From Acidimicrobiales bacterium (GTDB lineage: Bacteria > Actinomycetota > Acidimicrobiia > Acidimicrobiales > BPGG01): a stretch of DNA of 64,000 bases. The notes under the pieces are model-generated. The model had not been told where the DNA came from. It did no database searches and saw nothing but the letters and a program-made list of their open reading frames with translations. The position numbers and the translations under genes are program-made. The stretch is from the NCBI GenBank assembly GCA_026002915.1, contig BPGG01000001.1, forward strand, positions 405,468 through 469,467. Reading direction: 5' to 3'. Positions 47,460-56,793 of this stretch are shown here, in pieces (the first letter of the stretch is position 1; the number at the start of each line of letters is the position of its first letter).

Positions 47460-49078
47460 CCCACCACCTCCCCGGCCACGCCGTCGTCGGGGTGCCTGCG
47501 CGCGGCACGCAGGATCAGTCCCGGACGCCGTCCGACCAACGATCCCCGGGCGAGGAGCACCACTGCCGGGTACATGAAGAAGCGGGAGGCGACGAGATCC
47601 AAGAGGGTCGCCAGACCGAGGTAGAGGGCGAAGCCCCTCACGGGGCCCACCGACAGCCAATACAGGAGGCCGGCTCCGATCAAGGACACGAGATCCGCTC
47701 GCACGATGGTCCTGAACGCTCTGCGGAACGAGCGCTCGGCGGCCGATCGCACCGTCCTTCCGGCCTGCACGTCCTCGTATAGATGCTCGTAGTAGACGAT
47801 GTTCGAGTCCAGCGAGACGCCGATCGAGACCACCAATCCGGTGACCCCCGCGATCGTGAGCGCCAGACCCCGGGTCTCACCCAGCCATGAGATGATCACC
47901 CACAGGAGCCCGCCTGAGATAGCCAGGCTCGATACGGCGACGAGTCCGAGAAGCCTGTAGTAGACGACCATGTACACGGCCGCCAGGCCGAGTCCGATCA
48001 AGCCCGCCGCCACTCCCGCCCTCAGGGCATCGGATCCCAGCGTCGCAGAGACGATCTGCGTCTGTTGAGGCTCGAGCTCCACGGGGAGCGCACCGAAACG
48101 CAGCACCAAGGCGAGATCATCTGCTTCCTTCTGCTCGAAACCGTCTCCGCCGCCGCTGATGAACACGCCGTCCGCAGAGAAGGGTTGGAAGCCGGGCGAG
48201 TCGGGCTGGATGGCCGGCGCAGAGACGACCTCGTGGTCCAAGACGATCGCCACCTGGCCACTGGGGCATGTGGGGTCCCGCTCCTTGCACTTCCTCGCCA
48301 CCTCGTTGAACGCGTCTATCCCTCGGCGGCCTCCCTTGAACCGGACGCGAACCACCCATTCCACTCCCTGCAGCTCGGAGTTGGCACCGGCCAGGGCGTC
48401 GCCTCCGAGGGCCACCGGACCGAGCTGGTACCGGCCCACGGTCACGCCCCCCTGCCTGTAGGGCAGCACGACGACCCGATCCGGACGATCCTGCTCGGGA
48501 GGAGTCAACTCGAGCTCTCTCGGCGGCGTCGTAGTCGACGTAGTAGTCGACGTAGCAGTCGACGTCGTCGTAGTCGTCGCACCCGTCGTAACCGTCGTGC
48601 TGGAGGCAGTAGTGCTTGCGCCGGTCGTGCTCGTTCCCGTGGTGCTCGTTGCGGCAGTACTGGTGGGGGACTCGGAGGTCGTACTCGTGGAGGTGGTCGT
48701 GGTCGTCGACCCCGGCTCCTCGGGCTCTTCGGGCACGAACTGCAGCACCGGCCGGAACTGCAACTCCGCGGTGCGCCCGACGATGTCCAGTGCTCGCTCC
48801 CTGTCCTTGATGCCTGGGAGCTGCACCAGCACCGTGTCGCCTTGCCGGGTGATCTCCGGCTCGGCGACACCCAGGCCGTCGACACGCTTCCGGATGATCT
48901 CGATCGCCTTGTCGAGAGTGTCCTCGCGGAACTCACCTCGAGGACTGAGGACGACGGAGACACCGCCTTTCAAGTCGAGTCCCAGCAGGGGCCCCGCTCC
49001 GGTGGCGAACACCCAGCCCATCCCGGCCGCCGTGATCGCCACCATAAGTGAGATGGAGACGAGCGGACGCCTGGTCAC
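47456..49078 (-). CDS. secD: protein translocase subunit SecD (with a Thr/Ser-rich insert)
   Basis: Sequence LGLDLKGGVSVVL...RVDGLGVAEPEITRQG...GVTGLVVSIGVSLDSNIVYYE. GTG 49078 overlaps the yajC stop (GTGA). Confidence 0.92.
   Translation of the reverse strand: MTRRPLVSISLMVAITAAGMGWVFATGAGPLLGLDLKGGVSVVLSPRGEFREDTLDKAIEIIRKRVDGLGVAEPEITRQGDTVLVQLPGIKDRERALDIVGRTAELQFRPVLQFVPEEPEEPGSTTTTTSTSTTSESPTSTAATSTTGTSTTGASTTASSTTVTTGATTTTTSTATSTTTSTTTPPRELELTPPEQDRPDRVVVLPYRQGGVTVGRYQLGPVALGGDALAGANSELQGVEWVVRVRFKGGRRGIDAFNEVARKCKERDPTCPSGQVAIVLDHEVVSAPAIQPDSPGFQPFSADGVFISGGGDGFEQKEADDLALVLRFGALPVELEPQQTQIVSATLGSDALRAGVAAGLIGLGLAAVYMVVYYRLLGLVAVSSLAISGGLLWVIISWLGETRGLALTIAGVTGLVVSIGVSLDSNIVYYEHLYEDVQAGRTVRSAAERSFRRAFRTIVRADLVSLIGAGLLYWLSVGPVRGFALYLGLATLLDLVASRFFMYPAVVLLARGSLVGRRPGLILRAARRHPDDGVAGEVVG
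48521..48733 (-). repeat. in-frame Thr/Ser-rich low-complexity segment of secD (imperfect ACN/AGY triplet repeats)
   Basis: The encoded sequence is EEPEEPGSTTTTTSTSTTSESPTSTAATSTTGTSTTGASTTASSTTVTTGATTTTTSTATSTTTSTTTPP. The DNA shows reiterated gtcgacgtag-type units. Confidence 0.8.
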
Positions 49079-49383
49079 GAAACGGGACCCTCCCGACCGG
49101 ACGAAACATCGTCCGTCCCGTCGTCGTCCGCGCCGTCGTCCACGGCGACCCGCGACACCGCCGTCCGGACCATCCGGATACGCACCCCAGGCGACACCTC
49201 CAGCAACATCGTGTCCTCGTCGAGCTCCACTACGGTTCCGAAGATGCCGGAGGAGGTGATCACCTCGTCGCCCACTTCCAAGGAGGCGACCAACTCCTGA
49301 TGACGTCGCAGCTGGCGCCTTTGAGGAGCTATCAGCAACATCCACATCACACCGAACGCCACGATCAGCACTACGAGGTCCAT
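49075..49383 (-). CDS. yajC: preprotein translocase subunit YajC
   Basis: Sequence MDLVVLIVAFGVMWMLLIAPQRRQLRRHQELVASLEVGDEVITSSGIFGTVVE... Confidence 0.9.
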   Translation of the reverse strand: MDLVVLIVAFGVMWMLLIAPQRRQLRRHQELVASLEVGDEVITSSGIFGTVVELDEDTMLLEVSPGVRIRMVRTAVSRVAVDDGADDDGTDDVSSGREGPVS

Positions 49384-49474
49384 CCGACTCCCTTCACGGT
49401 CCTCGACTCCGAGGTGTCTGCGAATACGTCTCGCCGTGCTCCGGGTTCCGATCCGGCGCCGCGAAGCAGTGAGG

Positions 49475-50608
49475 CTATCGCGCAGAGCCGGCGCACCCCG
49501 AGCCGTGCCCCCCCGCCCATGAGGTGATCACTTGTTCGCGTAGCTCGTCGAGGGACCCGTTCTGTATCGCCTCGCGAATCCGATCCATCAGCCGGAACAT
49601 CCAGAACAGGTTGTGGACGGTGACGAGCCGCGGACCCAGCGTCTCACCGACGGAGAACAAGTGCCTTATCAGGGCGCGCCCGTGGCTTCGGCATGCGGGG
49701 CAACTGCAACCCTCTTCTATCGGCGCGTCGCTGGTGGCGTGCTCCGCCCGCCGTAGGTTGACCCGACCACGCCAGGTGAGAGCCGTGCCGTGACGACCGA
49801 GCCGGGTCGGGAGTACGCAGTCGAATAGGTCTATTCCTGCGGCCACGGCTTCGACCAGGGTGACCGGGTCTCCCACGCCCATGAGGTATCTCGGCCTTTC
49901 GGCCGGGAGCATCTCGGCGACGGTCCGGACCACCTCCAGCGTCTCCGTCGACTTCTCACCCACAGACAGCCCTCCGATCGCGTAGCCGTCGAAATCGAGT
50001 TCCACCAAGGCTCCGGCGCAGCGTTCCCTGAGCTCCATGTCGGTCCCACCCTGGACGATGCCGAAGATCGCCTGGTCGGACCTCGAGTGCACCTTCCTCG
50101 AGCGGCGGGCCCACTCGATCGTCAGCACGGTGGCTCGCTCGACCACCTCGCGGCTCGCGGGGAGTGCCGGGCAGACGTCGAGGACCATCTGCACGTCCGA
50201 ACCGATGAGCTCCTGCACTCGTACCGCCGCCTCCGGTGTGAGCCGTGTGATGCTCCCGTCGTAGACGCTGCGGAACACGACGCCGTCGTCGTCGAAGGAA
50301 GGAGAGAGGGAGAAGACCTGGTACCCACCGGAATCCGTGAGAACCGGCACCTCCCACCCCGCGAACCCATGAATGCCCCCCAGCCGGGCTATCCGGTCCG
50401 CTCCGGGTCTGAGCATGAGGTGGTAGGTGTTCGCCAGGACCATCTCCGCTCCCAGCTGCGCCACCTCCGTGGGCATGAGAGTCTTCACGACCCCCCTGGT
50501 CCCTACGGGCATGAACTGCGGCAACCGGACCACCCCGTGAGGCGTGCTCAGAGTGCCTACCCGCGCCGATCCGAGTGTCGCCGAGACGCTGAGCCTCACC
50601 GACTCCAC
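49475..50608 (-). CDS. tgt: tRNA-guanosine(34) transglycosylase
   Basis: Sequence FMPVGTRGVVK...TDSGGYQVFSL...LMGVGDP...DCVLPTR..RHG...CSCPACRSH. Confidence 0.95.
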   Translation of the reverse strand: MESVRLSVSATLGSARVGTLSTPHGVVRLPQFMPVGTRGVVKTLMPTEVAQLGAEMVLANTYHLMLRPGADRIARLGGIHGFAGWEVPVLTDSGGYQVFSLSPSFDDDGVVFRSVYDGSITRLTPEAAVRVQELIGSDVQMVLDVCPALPASREVVERATVLTIEWARRSRKVHSRSDQAIFGIVQGGTDMELRERCAGALVELDFDGYAIGGLSVGEKSTETLEVVRTVAEMLPAERPRYLMGVGDPVTLVEAVAAGIDLFDCVLPTRLGRHGTALTWRGRVNLRRAEHATSDAPIEEGCSCPACRSHGRALIRHLFSVGETLGPRLVTVHNLFWMFRLMDRIREAIQNGSLDELREQVITSWAGGHGSGCAGSAR

Positions 50609-50614
50609 CGTCCA

Positions 50615-51670
50615 CTACTCCCGCGCCCGGACGGCCGTCCCGCCAACCGCCAACATGGCGTCTCCGAGGCTGAGAAAGCGGTATCCGGACTGTAGGGCGA
50701 CCCGATAGAGGTCACGCCAGCGATCACCCACGAAGGCGTCCACCATGGCGAGCGGGGTGGAGCGGGGAAGGTGGAAGTTGGTCAGGAGCAGGTCCACCGA
50801 ACGAAAGCGATGGCCTCTGTAGATGAACAGTTCCGTCGAACCTTCCGGCTCGCCGGTCTGCGCGAAGCTCTCCAGCGTACGCACCACCGTCGTGCCGACC
50901 GCCACGACCCTTCGCGCCCGTCGCAGGGCCTCCTGCGTCTCTTGCGGGACGCGGTACCGCTCCTCCTCCATGCGGTGGTCCTCCACCTCGGCGGCTCGGA
51001 GAGGGACGAATGTCCCCGGACCCACGTGGAGCTCTACCTCGCACACCGACACGCCACGGTCACGCAGTCGGGCGAGAAGCATCTCTGTCAGGTGCAGGCC
51101 GGCGGTCGGTGCCGCCACGGAACCGATGTTGCGAGCGAAGACCGTCTGATATCTGTCGGGGGGAATCTCTACGTCGGACAGGTACGGAGGCAGCGGGACC
51201 TCACCCTCCCCTTCCAGGATCTCCTCGACTGCATCAGCCGAGTCGGAGTCCGTGAGGGCGGTGCCCCCTCGGGCCTCGATCTTGAGCAAGCGACCCCTCT
51301 CCCACCGCCCGCCGACCCTCACGACCAGATCCCCACTCCGTCCGCCCCGAAGGAGCTCTCCCTCTCTCAGCCGCCCGGCAGGCCTCACCAGGGCGCGCCA
51401 CCACCCGTCCGTACCGCGGTCCACCAAGAGGGCCTCGACGCTGCCGCCGGTGTCGCGGCGGAGACGCAGCCGCGCCTTGCGGACGCGGCTCGTGTTCACC
51501 ACCAGGACGTCTCCGGCTTCGAGGACGTCGGGAAGGTCCCGCACGCGTCTGTGCAACACCTCCTTGCCAGGACCGCGGTCGACGAGAAGCCGCGCACTGT
51601 CCCGCGGTTCGGCCGGAGTCTTGGCGACGCTCTCCGGCGGCAGCTCGTAGTCGAGCAGTTCTACCCGCAC
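50615..51670 (-). CDS. queA: S-adenosylmethionine:tRNA ribosyltransferase-isomerase
   Basis: From GTG 51670 the sequence is VRVELLDYELPPESVAKTPAEPRDSARLLV...PLPPYL...VAAPTAGLHLT...VGTTVVRTLES. The upstream 190 codons of the track ORF overlap ruvB and were rejected. Confidence 0.93.
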   Translation of the reverse strand: MRVELLDYELPPESVAKTPAEPRDSARLLVDRGPGKEVLHRRVRDLPDVLEAGDVLVVNTSRVRKARLRLRRDTGGSVEALLVDRGTDGWWRALVRPAGRLREGELLRGGRSGDLVVRVGGRWERGRLLKIEARGGTALTDSDSADAVEEILEGEGEVPLPPYLSDVEIPPDRYQTVFARNIGSVAAPTAGLHLTEMLLARLRDRGVSVCEVELHVGPGTFVPLRAAEVEDHRMEEERYRVPQETQEALRRARRVVAVGTTVVRTLESFAQTGEPEGSTELFIYRGHRFRSVDLLLTNFHLPRSTPLAMVDAFVGDRWRDLYRVALQSGYRFLSLGDAMLAVGGTAVRARE

Positions 51671-51738
51671 GGCGCACACGCTAGGGCGACGAGGCGAACA
51701 TACCGAGAGGACATGAGTAGTTGTGTGGGGGGACGACC

Positions 51739-52845
51739 TTATGGCCCTTCTGACGTTTCCCCTTCTGCCGTCTCGAACAGGGAGGGTGTCGCCACTCCCG
51801 CGCTCTCGGGCGGCTCCAAGCCCAGATGCACCCACGCGGCAGGAGTCGCCACACGGCCCCTGGGAGTCCGCGCCAAAAGACCCTGCCTTATGAGATAGGG
51901 CTCGTAGACGTCCTCTACCGTCTCCGGCTGCTCCCCCACAGCGATCGCCAGCGTCGACAGACCCACCGGACCTCCCGCGAAGCTCACGCACAGCGCTTCC
52001 AACAGCGACCGGTCGAGCTTGTCCAACCCCAGATGGTCGACCCCGAAGGTACGCAACCCCTCGTCTGCCACTGCAGCGTCGATTACTTCCACGCCCCGCA
52101 CCTCGGCGAAATCGCGCACACGTCGGAGAAGGCGGTTGGCTATCCGCGGCGTCCCACGTGACCGTCGGGCGATCTCCGCCGCTCCGTCCGGCGCCAACGG
52201 CGCGCCGACCAAGGAGGCCGTCCGTTGAACGATCCGGCACAGCTCCTCCGGTGAGTAGAAGTCCAACCGTGCCACCAACCCGAACCTGTCTCTCAGTGGA
52301 CCCGTGAGCAGACCCGTCCTGGTGGTGGCTCCCACCAGGGTGAACCGGGCGACGTCGAGCCGGATGGATCGAGCTGCAGGACCCTTGCCGAGGACTATGT
52401 CGATCGCGAAGTCCTCCATGGCCGGATAGAGGACTTCTTCCACCGGTCTGGGCAGGCGATGGATCTCGTCGACGAAGAGGACGTCACCGTCTTCCAGACG
52501 TGTGAGCACGGCTGCGAGATCGCCCGGCCTCGTGAGCACCGGGCCCGCAGTCATGTGGATCTCGACGCCCATCTCGCGGGCGACGATCGAAGCCAAGGTC
52601 GTCTTCCCCAGGCCGGGGGGCCCCGAGAGGAGCAGGTGGTCGAGCGGACCTCCCCTCTTCGCCGCGGCCTCCAACATGATCGAAAGGTGCCTCTTCAGCT
52701 CGTCCTGTCCGACGAACTCGGCCAGCGTCTTGGGTCTGACGGCAGACGCGCCGCCATCACCTCCGAGCTCGTCGACGGTCACGGCCTCAGGGTCCAGCAA
52801 CTCCTCGCGCCTCCCGACACCTGCCCTCATCTCCCGCTCCTTCAT
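51739..52845 (-). CDS. ruvB: Holliday junction branch-migration ATPase RuvB
   Basis: Sequence [15 protein letters not shown]...[14 protein letters not shown]...LFVDEIHRL...[13 protein letters not shown]. Confidence 0.97.
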   Translation of the reverse strand: MKEREMRAGVGRREELLDPEAVTVDELGGDGGASAVRPKTLAEFVGQDELKRHLSIMLEAAAKRGGPLDHLLLSGPPGLGKTTLASIVAREMGVEIHMTAGPVLTRPGDLAAVLTRLEDGDVLFVDEIHRLPRPVEEVLYPAMEDFAIDIVLGKGPAARSIRLDVARFTLVGATTRTGLLTGPLRDRFGLVARLDFYSPEELCRIVQRTASLVGAPLAPDGAAEIARRSRGTPRIANRLLRRVRDFAEVRGVEVIDAAVADEGLRTFGVDHLGLDKLDRSLLEALCVSFAGGPVGLSTLAIAVGEQPETVEDVYEPYLIRQGLLARTPRGRVATPAAWVHLGLEPPESAGVATPSLFETAEGETSEGP

Positions 52846-53456
52846 CTCGGCGCACCCAACACCGACAACGCCTGTCTCAGGGCGCTCGCGGCGTCATGTT
52901 CTTCACCGGAGAGCTCTCCGAGGGCGGCCCTGATCTCGTCGGGACCGTATCCGAGGGCCGTGAGGGCCTCTCGCACCTCGACGATCACCGTGCCTTCCGG
53001 GGCGGTCGAAATGGTGCCGCCGACGCCCGCAGATCGGCCCAACTCGTCCAAGTCGAGCCTCGAACGCAGTTCGACCATGAGGCGCTGAGCGGTCTTCTTC
53101 CCCACCCCGGGAACCAGGCACAGTGCGTCCTGGTCCTCCTCGAGGAGGATCCGTTGCAGGGCAGAAGGCGAGTGCACGGACAAGATCGCCAGCGCCAGCT
53201 GTGGACCCACGCCGTGTGCGGCCAAGAGCGCCTCGAAGCAGTCCCGCTCCGCGGGCGAGAGGAAGCCGAAGAGCCCCTGGGGTCCTTGACTCGGCACGTG
53301 GTGGTGGACGTACACGAAGACCTCGCTGCCCTCCTCTCCCAAGCTCAAAGCGGACCGAGGGGTCATCTGGACCCGGTAGCCGACCCCTGCGACTTCCACC
53401 AACACCTCCCCGTCCGGCCTCCTCTCGAGCAGCAGCCCGCGCAACGAACCGATCAC
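52842..53456 (-). CDS. ruvA: Holliday junction DNA-binding protein RuvA
   Basis: Sequence [11 protein letters not shown]...GVGYRVQM...[16 protein letters not shown] overlaps the ruvC stop (GTGA). Confidence 0.93.
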   Translation of the reverse strand: MIGSLRGLLLERRPDGEVLVEVAGVGYRVQMTPRSALSLGEEGSEVFVYVHHHVPSQGPQGLFGFLSPAERDCFEALLAAHGVGPQLALAILSVHSPSALQRILLEEDQDALCLVPGVGKKTAQRLMVELRSRLDLDELGRSAGVGGTISTAPEGTVIVEVREALTALGYGPDEIRAALGELSGEEHDAASALRQALSVLGAPR

Positions 53457-53956
53457 GGGGCCACCCCTGCACGATCACGGAAAGACGACTTGGCGACATG
53501 ACACAGGGCGACCGCTGCCGCATCCGCCGCATCCGGGGAGACGATCTCGTGTGTCAACCGCAACAGCGCGCGGACCATCCGCCTGATGTCACCTTTCAGA
53601 GCAGCCCCGTCTCCGGCGACCGCGGATTTCACCTCGCTCGGGGTGTACATGGACACGGGGATGCCTCGCCGTCCTAGTTCGGCGAGCACGACGCCGGATG
53701 CCTGTGCGACGGACATGGCGGTCCTCGCATTCGCCTTGAAGAAGATCCTTTCTACGGCGGCCGCGCAGGGCGTCCACTCGTCCAGCAGCGCTGCGCACTC
53801 GTGTTGCAGAGCGGCCAACCGACCTGGCGTGTCCTCGTCGAGGTCGGTGCGTATCGTGCCAAGAGCGCGGCAGATCTCCTTACCACCGCGGCCGCCTAAC
53901 TCGAGGACCGCGTATCCGCAGCGTGTGAGCCCAGGGTCGAACCCGACCACGAACAC
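53453..53956 (-). CDS. ruvC: crossover junction endodeoxyribonuclease RuvC
   Basis: Sequence VFVVGFDPGLTRCGYAVLE...AVERIFF..N..TAM.V.QA.G...PSEVK...G.A.K..I......PDAADAAAVALCH. The start is set at GTG 53956; GTG 53980 is also possible. Confidence 0.9.
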   Translation of the reverse strand: MFVVGFDPGLTRCGYAVLELGGRGGKEICRALGTIRTDLDEDTPGRLAALQHECAALLDEWTPCAAAVERIFFKANARTAMSVAQASGVVLAELGRRGIPVSMYTPSEVKSAVAGDGAALKGDIRRMVRALLRLTHEIVSPDAADAAAVALCHVAKSSFRDRAGVAP

Positions 53957-54058
53957 ATGTACGAACGTACCCGTCGACACGTCTCGCGTGGTGGACACGG
54001 CGAACCCGACGCGACACGAGAAGGCACGAGGCGCTAAGAGGCACGACGGAGGTGCCGA

Positions 54059-55171
54059 TTGGGCAAGGTGAAGATGGAGGCGGTCGAAGCAGGACTTTCC
54101 CCGGACTCTCAGAAGGGCTCTGCGAACACAGACGGGACCACGGAAGTCGTCGTGAGCCTCGAGGGCGTCTTCCACGCCTTCGGCGACGTCGCTGCTCTGA
54201 CCGACCTGACTCTCTCGGTTCCGAAAGGGACGATTACCGTTCTCCTCGGGCCGAACGGCGCCGGGAAGACGACCGCCCTGCGGGTTATCACCGGCGCGAT
54301 CGCTCCCCACCGCGGGAACGTTCGTGTGTTCGGCCTCGACCCCCAGATCCATGGCGAAGACGTCCGTCGCCGGTGCGGAGTCGTCTCCGCGAAGCCCTCA
54401 CTCTACGACCGCCTCTCCGGATGGGAGAACCTCTACTACGCGGCCAGGCTGTACGGCGTCCACCGAGAGGCAGAAGCCAGGATCAGACGGGCCGCGGAGC
54501 ACTTTGGGATCCAGTACGCGCTCGATCGCCAAGTCGGGGCGTACTCGACCGGGATGAAGACGCGCCTCGCCCTAGCCCGAGCGATCCTCCACGATCCCGA
54601 GCTGCTCCTCTTCGACGAACCCACGTCCGGCCTCGATCCCGAGAGCTCACAGGCCGTGTTGCAACTCATCCGGCAGATGACCAGCACCGGACGAAGCGTG
54701 GTCATGTGCACCCACCTCTTGGCGGAAGCCGAGGGTCTCGCCGACCACGTCGTCATCTTGGACGCCGGAGCCGACCTGGTGCAGGGGTCACCGGAAGAGC
54801 TGATCCGGCGATACTGGCCCCACCAGGTCGTGCGCTTCGAGTCGCTCGACCCCGGCGGCCTCGAACTCCTGAGAGACAGACCCGGGGTTCTCTCGTTCGG
54901 CTGGGACGGCAGCGTCGACTCGACGGCCGCGGTCGTGCAGGTGGACACCATCGAGCGGATCCCCGCTCTGATCGACGAGCTCAGAGGGCGAGGAGTTCGT
55001 GTCGTCCGAGTCGATCCCCACAGGCCCACTCTGGAAGAGCTCTACTTCGCCGTCAGGGCGGAGAGACGGATGGACGCGACCGTCGCGCATCCGGACGCGC
55101 ACCGCTGGGGAGGCCCCGGGCAGGAGCTCGCGACACGTGCACGGGACGCAGAGGAGGCGGCCACCCGATGA
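54059..55171 (+). CDS. ABC transporter ATP-binding protein (ABC-2/DrrA-like, with a C-terminal accessory domain)
   Basis: Walker A LLGPNGAGKTT, signature YSTGMKTRLALA and Walker B LLLFDEPTSGLD. TTG 54059 lies 7 nt after GGAGG. Confidence 0.9.
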   Translation: MGKVKMEAVEAGLSPDSQKGSANTDGTTEVVVSLEGVFHAFGDVAALTDLTLSVPKGTITVLLGPNGAGKTTALRVITGAIAPHRGNVRVFGLDPQIHGEDVRRRCGVVSAKPSLYDRLSGWENLYYAARLYGVHREAEARIRRAAEHFGIQYALDRQVGAYSTGMKTRLALARAILHDPELLLFDEPTSGLDPESSQAVLQLIRQMTSTGRSVVMCTHLLAEAEGLADHVVILDAGADLVQGSPEELIRRYWPHQVVRFESLDPGGLELLRDRPGVLSFGWDGSVDSTAAVVQVDTIERIPALIDELRGRGVRVVRVDPHRPTLEELYFAVRAERRMDATVAHPDAHRWGGPGQELATRARDAEEAATR

Positions 55172-56013
55172 GCTGGTTCCGTATCCGCACGGTCGCCCGC
55201 CACGACCTGCTTCAGCTCCTCGGAGCAAAGGACTTCTGGGTTCCGATGGCGCTGCTCGGTTCACTCTTCTTCGTGGTGATCCCGTCGATACTGCTGTCGA
55301 CGATCACGAACATCGGCGACATCGAGATCGTCTCGAGGATCTCTGACACTCTCGAGATACTCCCCGAGAACGCCCAACGCGCGATTCCCTCGACCAAGCC
55401 CGACGGGGAGCCTGTGACCGACGCGGGAAAGACCTCCTACGCGCTGGCGGTGTACCTGCTCGCACCCGTGGCGATCGTCGTGCCTTTGACGATCTCCACC
55501 GCCGTCGGAGCGGCGACCATAGTGGGGGAGCGAGAGCGGGGGACCGGGGAGTTCCTCGCCCACTCGCCGGCGGACGTGAAAGAGATCTACACCGGCAAGC
55601 TGATCGCCGCCGTGGTCCCGGGTTACCTCACCACCCTGATCGGCTTCGGCGCGTACTCGATCGTCGTCAACCTAACCGTCGGGCCTGCAGTAGGGGGTTG
55701 GTTCTTCCCGACGAGCCAGTGGTGGCTGCTGATCCTCTTCCTCGTGCCGCCCTTCCTCCTGCTCGCACTCGCGATGGTGCTGAGAGTATCGGCCCGGGTC
55801 CGCTCCACCGCGGCGGCTCAGCAGGCATCCGGATTGGTCACTATCCCGCTGATCATCACCGCCTACGTCGTCTCCACCGGAGCCCTCTTCGACGTCGAGA
55901 CGCTGGTGATCGGGGTGTCGGTGGTCCTGTGGTTCGTAGCCTTCGCAGCCATAGCGATCCTGATGCAGGGCATCTCACGCGGTCGCCTTCTCGGCGTCGC
56001 CGACGAGACCTGA
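55168..56013 (+). CDS. ABC-2 type transporter permease (NatB-like)
   Basis: ATG 55168 overlaps the ATPase stop (ATGA). There are about 6 hydrophobic segments and the motif IVGERERGTGEFLAHSP, typical of ABC-2 permeases. Confidence 0.8.
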   Translation: MSWFRIRTVARHDLLQLLGAKDFWVPMALLGSLFFVVIPSILLSTITNIGDIEIVSRISDTLEILPENAQRAIPSTKPDGEPVTDAGKTSYALAVYLLAPVAIVVPLTISTAVGAATIVGERERGTGEFLAHSPADVKEIYTGKLIAAVVPGYLTTLIGFGAYSIVVNLTVGPAVGGWFFPTSQWWLLILFLVPPFLLLALAMVLRVSARVRSTAAAQQASGLVTIPLIITAYVVSTGALFDVETLVIGVSVVLWFVAFAAIAILMQGISRGRLLGVADET

Positions 56014-56036
56014 CCCCGGCGCCCGCAAGCCGGGCC
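56014..56036. terminator. possible bidirectional hairpin between the convergent ABC permease and yebC genes
   Basis: CCCGGC (56015-56020) pairs perfectly with GCCGGG (56029-56034) around an 8-nt loop. No U-tract is present, so the function is uncertain. Confidence 0.3.
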
Positions 56037-56792
56037 TCAGGTCTGGCCGGAGACCTCCTGCAGTACCTCGTCGGGTATGTCGAAGTTCGCGTACACCCCT
56101 GCGACGTCGTCGTGGTCGTCGAGTAGATCGACCACCCGGAGTACGTCCCGTGCGCTCTGGGGGTCGTCGAGTAGCACGGTCGTCGTGGGGAGCATCGTCA
56201 CGTCCGCCGACTCGATCTCCACACCCGCCGCCTCCAGAGCCGACCGGACCCCGGGGAGGTCCCCGGGGGCGCACGTGACTCGCCACGAATCACCGTCGTC
56301 GGCGACGTCCTCCGCTCCTGCTTCCAGGACCACTTGCAGGAGTGTGTCCTCCTCAACCGACTTCGGCACGGTGACGATCCCCTTCCGCTCGAACTGCCAG
56401 GCCACAGACCCCGGCTCCCCCATCGAGCCGCCGTTCCGGTTGAGGATGGTGCGGATCTCCGAGCCGGTCCGGTTGCGGTTGTCCGTCAGAGCCTCTATGT
56501 AGAGGGCTATCCCATGTGGCGCGTAGGCCTCGTAGGTGACCTGCTGATAGTCGACACCCTCTAGTTCCCCCGTGCCGCGCTTGATCGCGCGCTCGATGTT
56601 CTCCAAGGGAACGGAGGCGTCCCTGGCTTTCTGATACATCGTCCGCAACGTCGGGTTGGCGTCCAGGTCACCGCCTCCCTGGCGGGCTGCCACCTCGACC
56701 TGCCTGAGGAGTTTTGCGAAGAGCTTTCCCCGGCGGACGTCGTTCGCGCCCTTCTTGTGCTTGATCGAGTGCCATTTCGAATGGCCGGACAT
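56037..56792 (-). CDS. YebC/PmpR-family DNA-binding transcriptional regulator
   Basis: Sequence MSGHSKWHSIKHKKGANDVRRGKLFAKLLRQVEVAARQGGGD... Confidence 0.95.
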   Translation of the reverse strand: MSGHSKWHSIKHKKGANDVRRGKLFAKLLRQVEVAARQGGGDLDANPTLRTMYQKARDASVPLENIERAIKRGTGELEGVDYQQVTYEAYAPHGIALYIEALTDNRNRTGSEIRTILNRNGGSMGEPGSVAWQFERKGIVTVPKSVEEDTLLQVVLEAGAEDVADDGDSWRVTCAPGDLPGVRSALEAAGVEIESADVTMLPTTTVLLDDPQSARDVLRVVDLLDDHDDVAGVYANFDIPDEVLQEVSGQT

Positions 56793-56793
56793 C

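Noticed and set aside
48521-48733. The repetitive DNA in secD as a CRISPR or non-coding satellite.
   Set aside because: The repeats are triplet-based, in frame and encode a Thr/Ser tract. There is no repeat-spacer architecture.
54052-56013. A 653-aa ORF that looks like a fused ABC protein.
   Set aside because: Its first ~370 codons are an alternative frame of the ABC ATPase gene (Arg/Pro-rich). Only the last 281 codons, from ATG 55168, look like a real permease.
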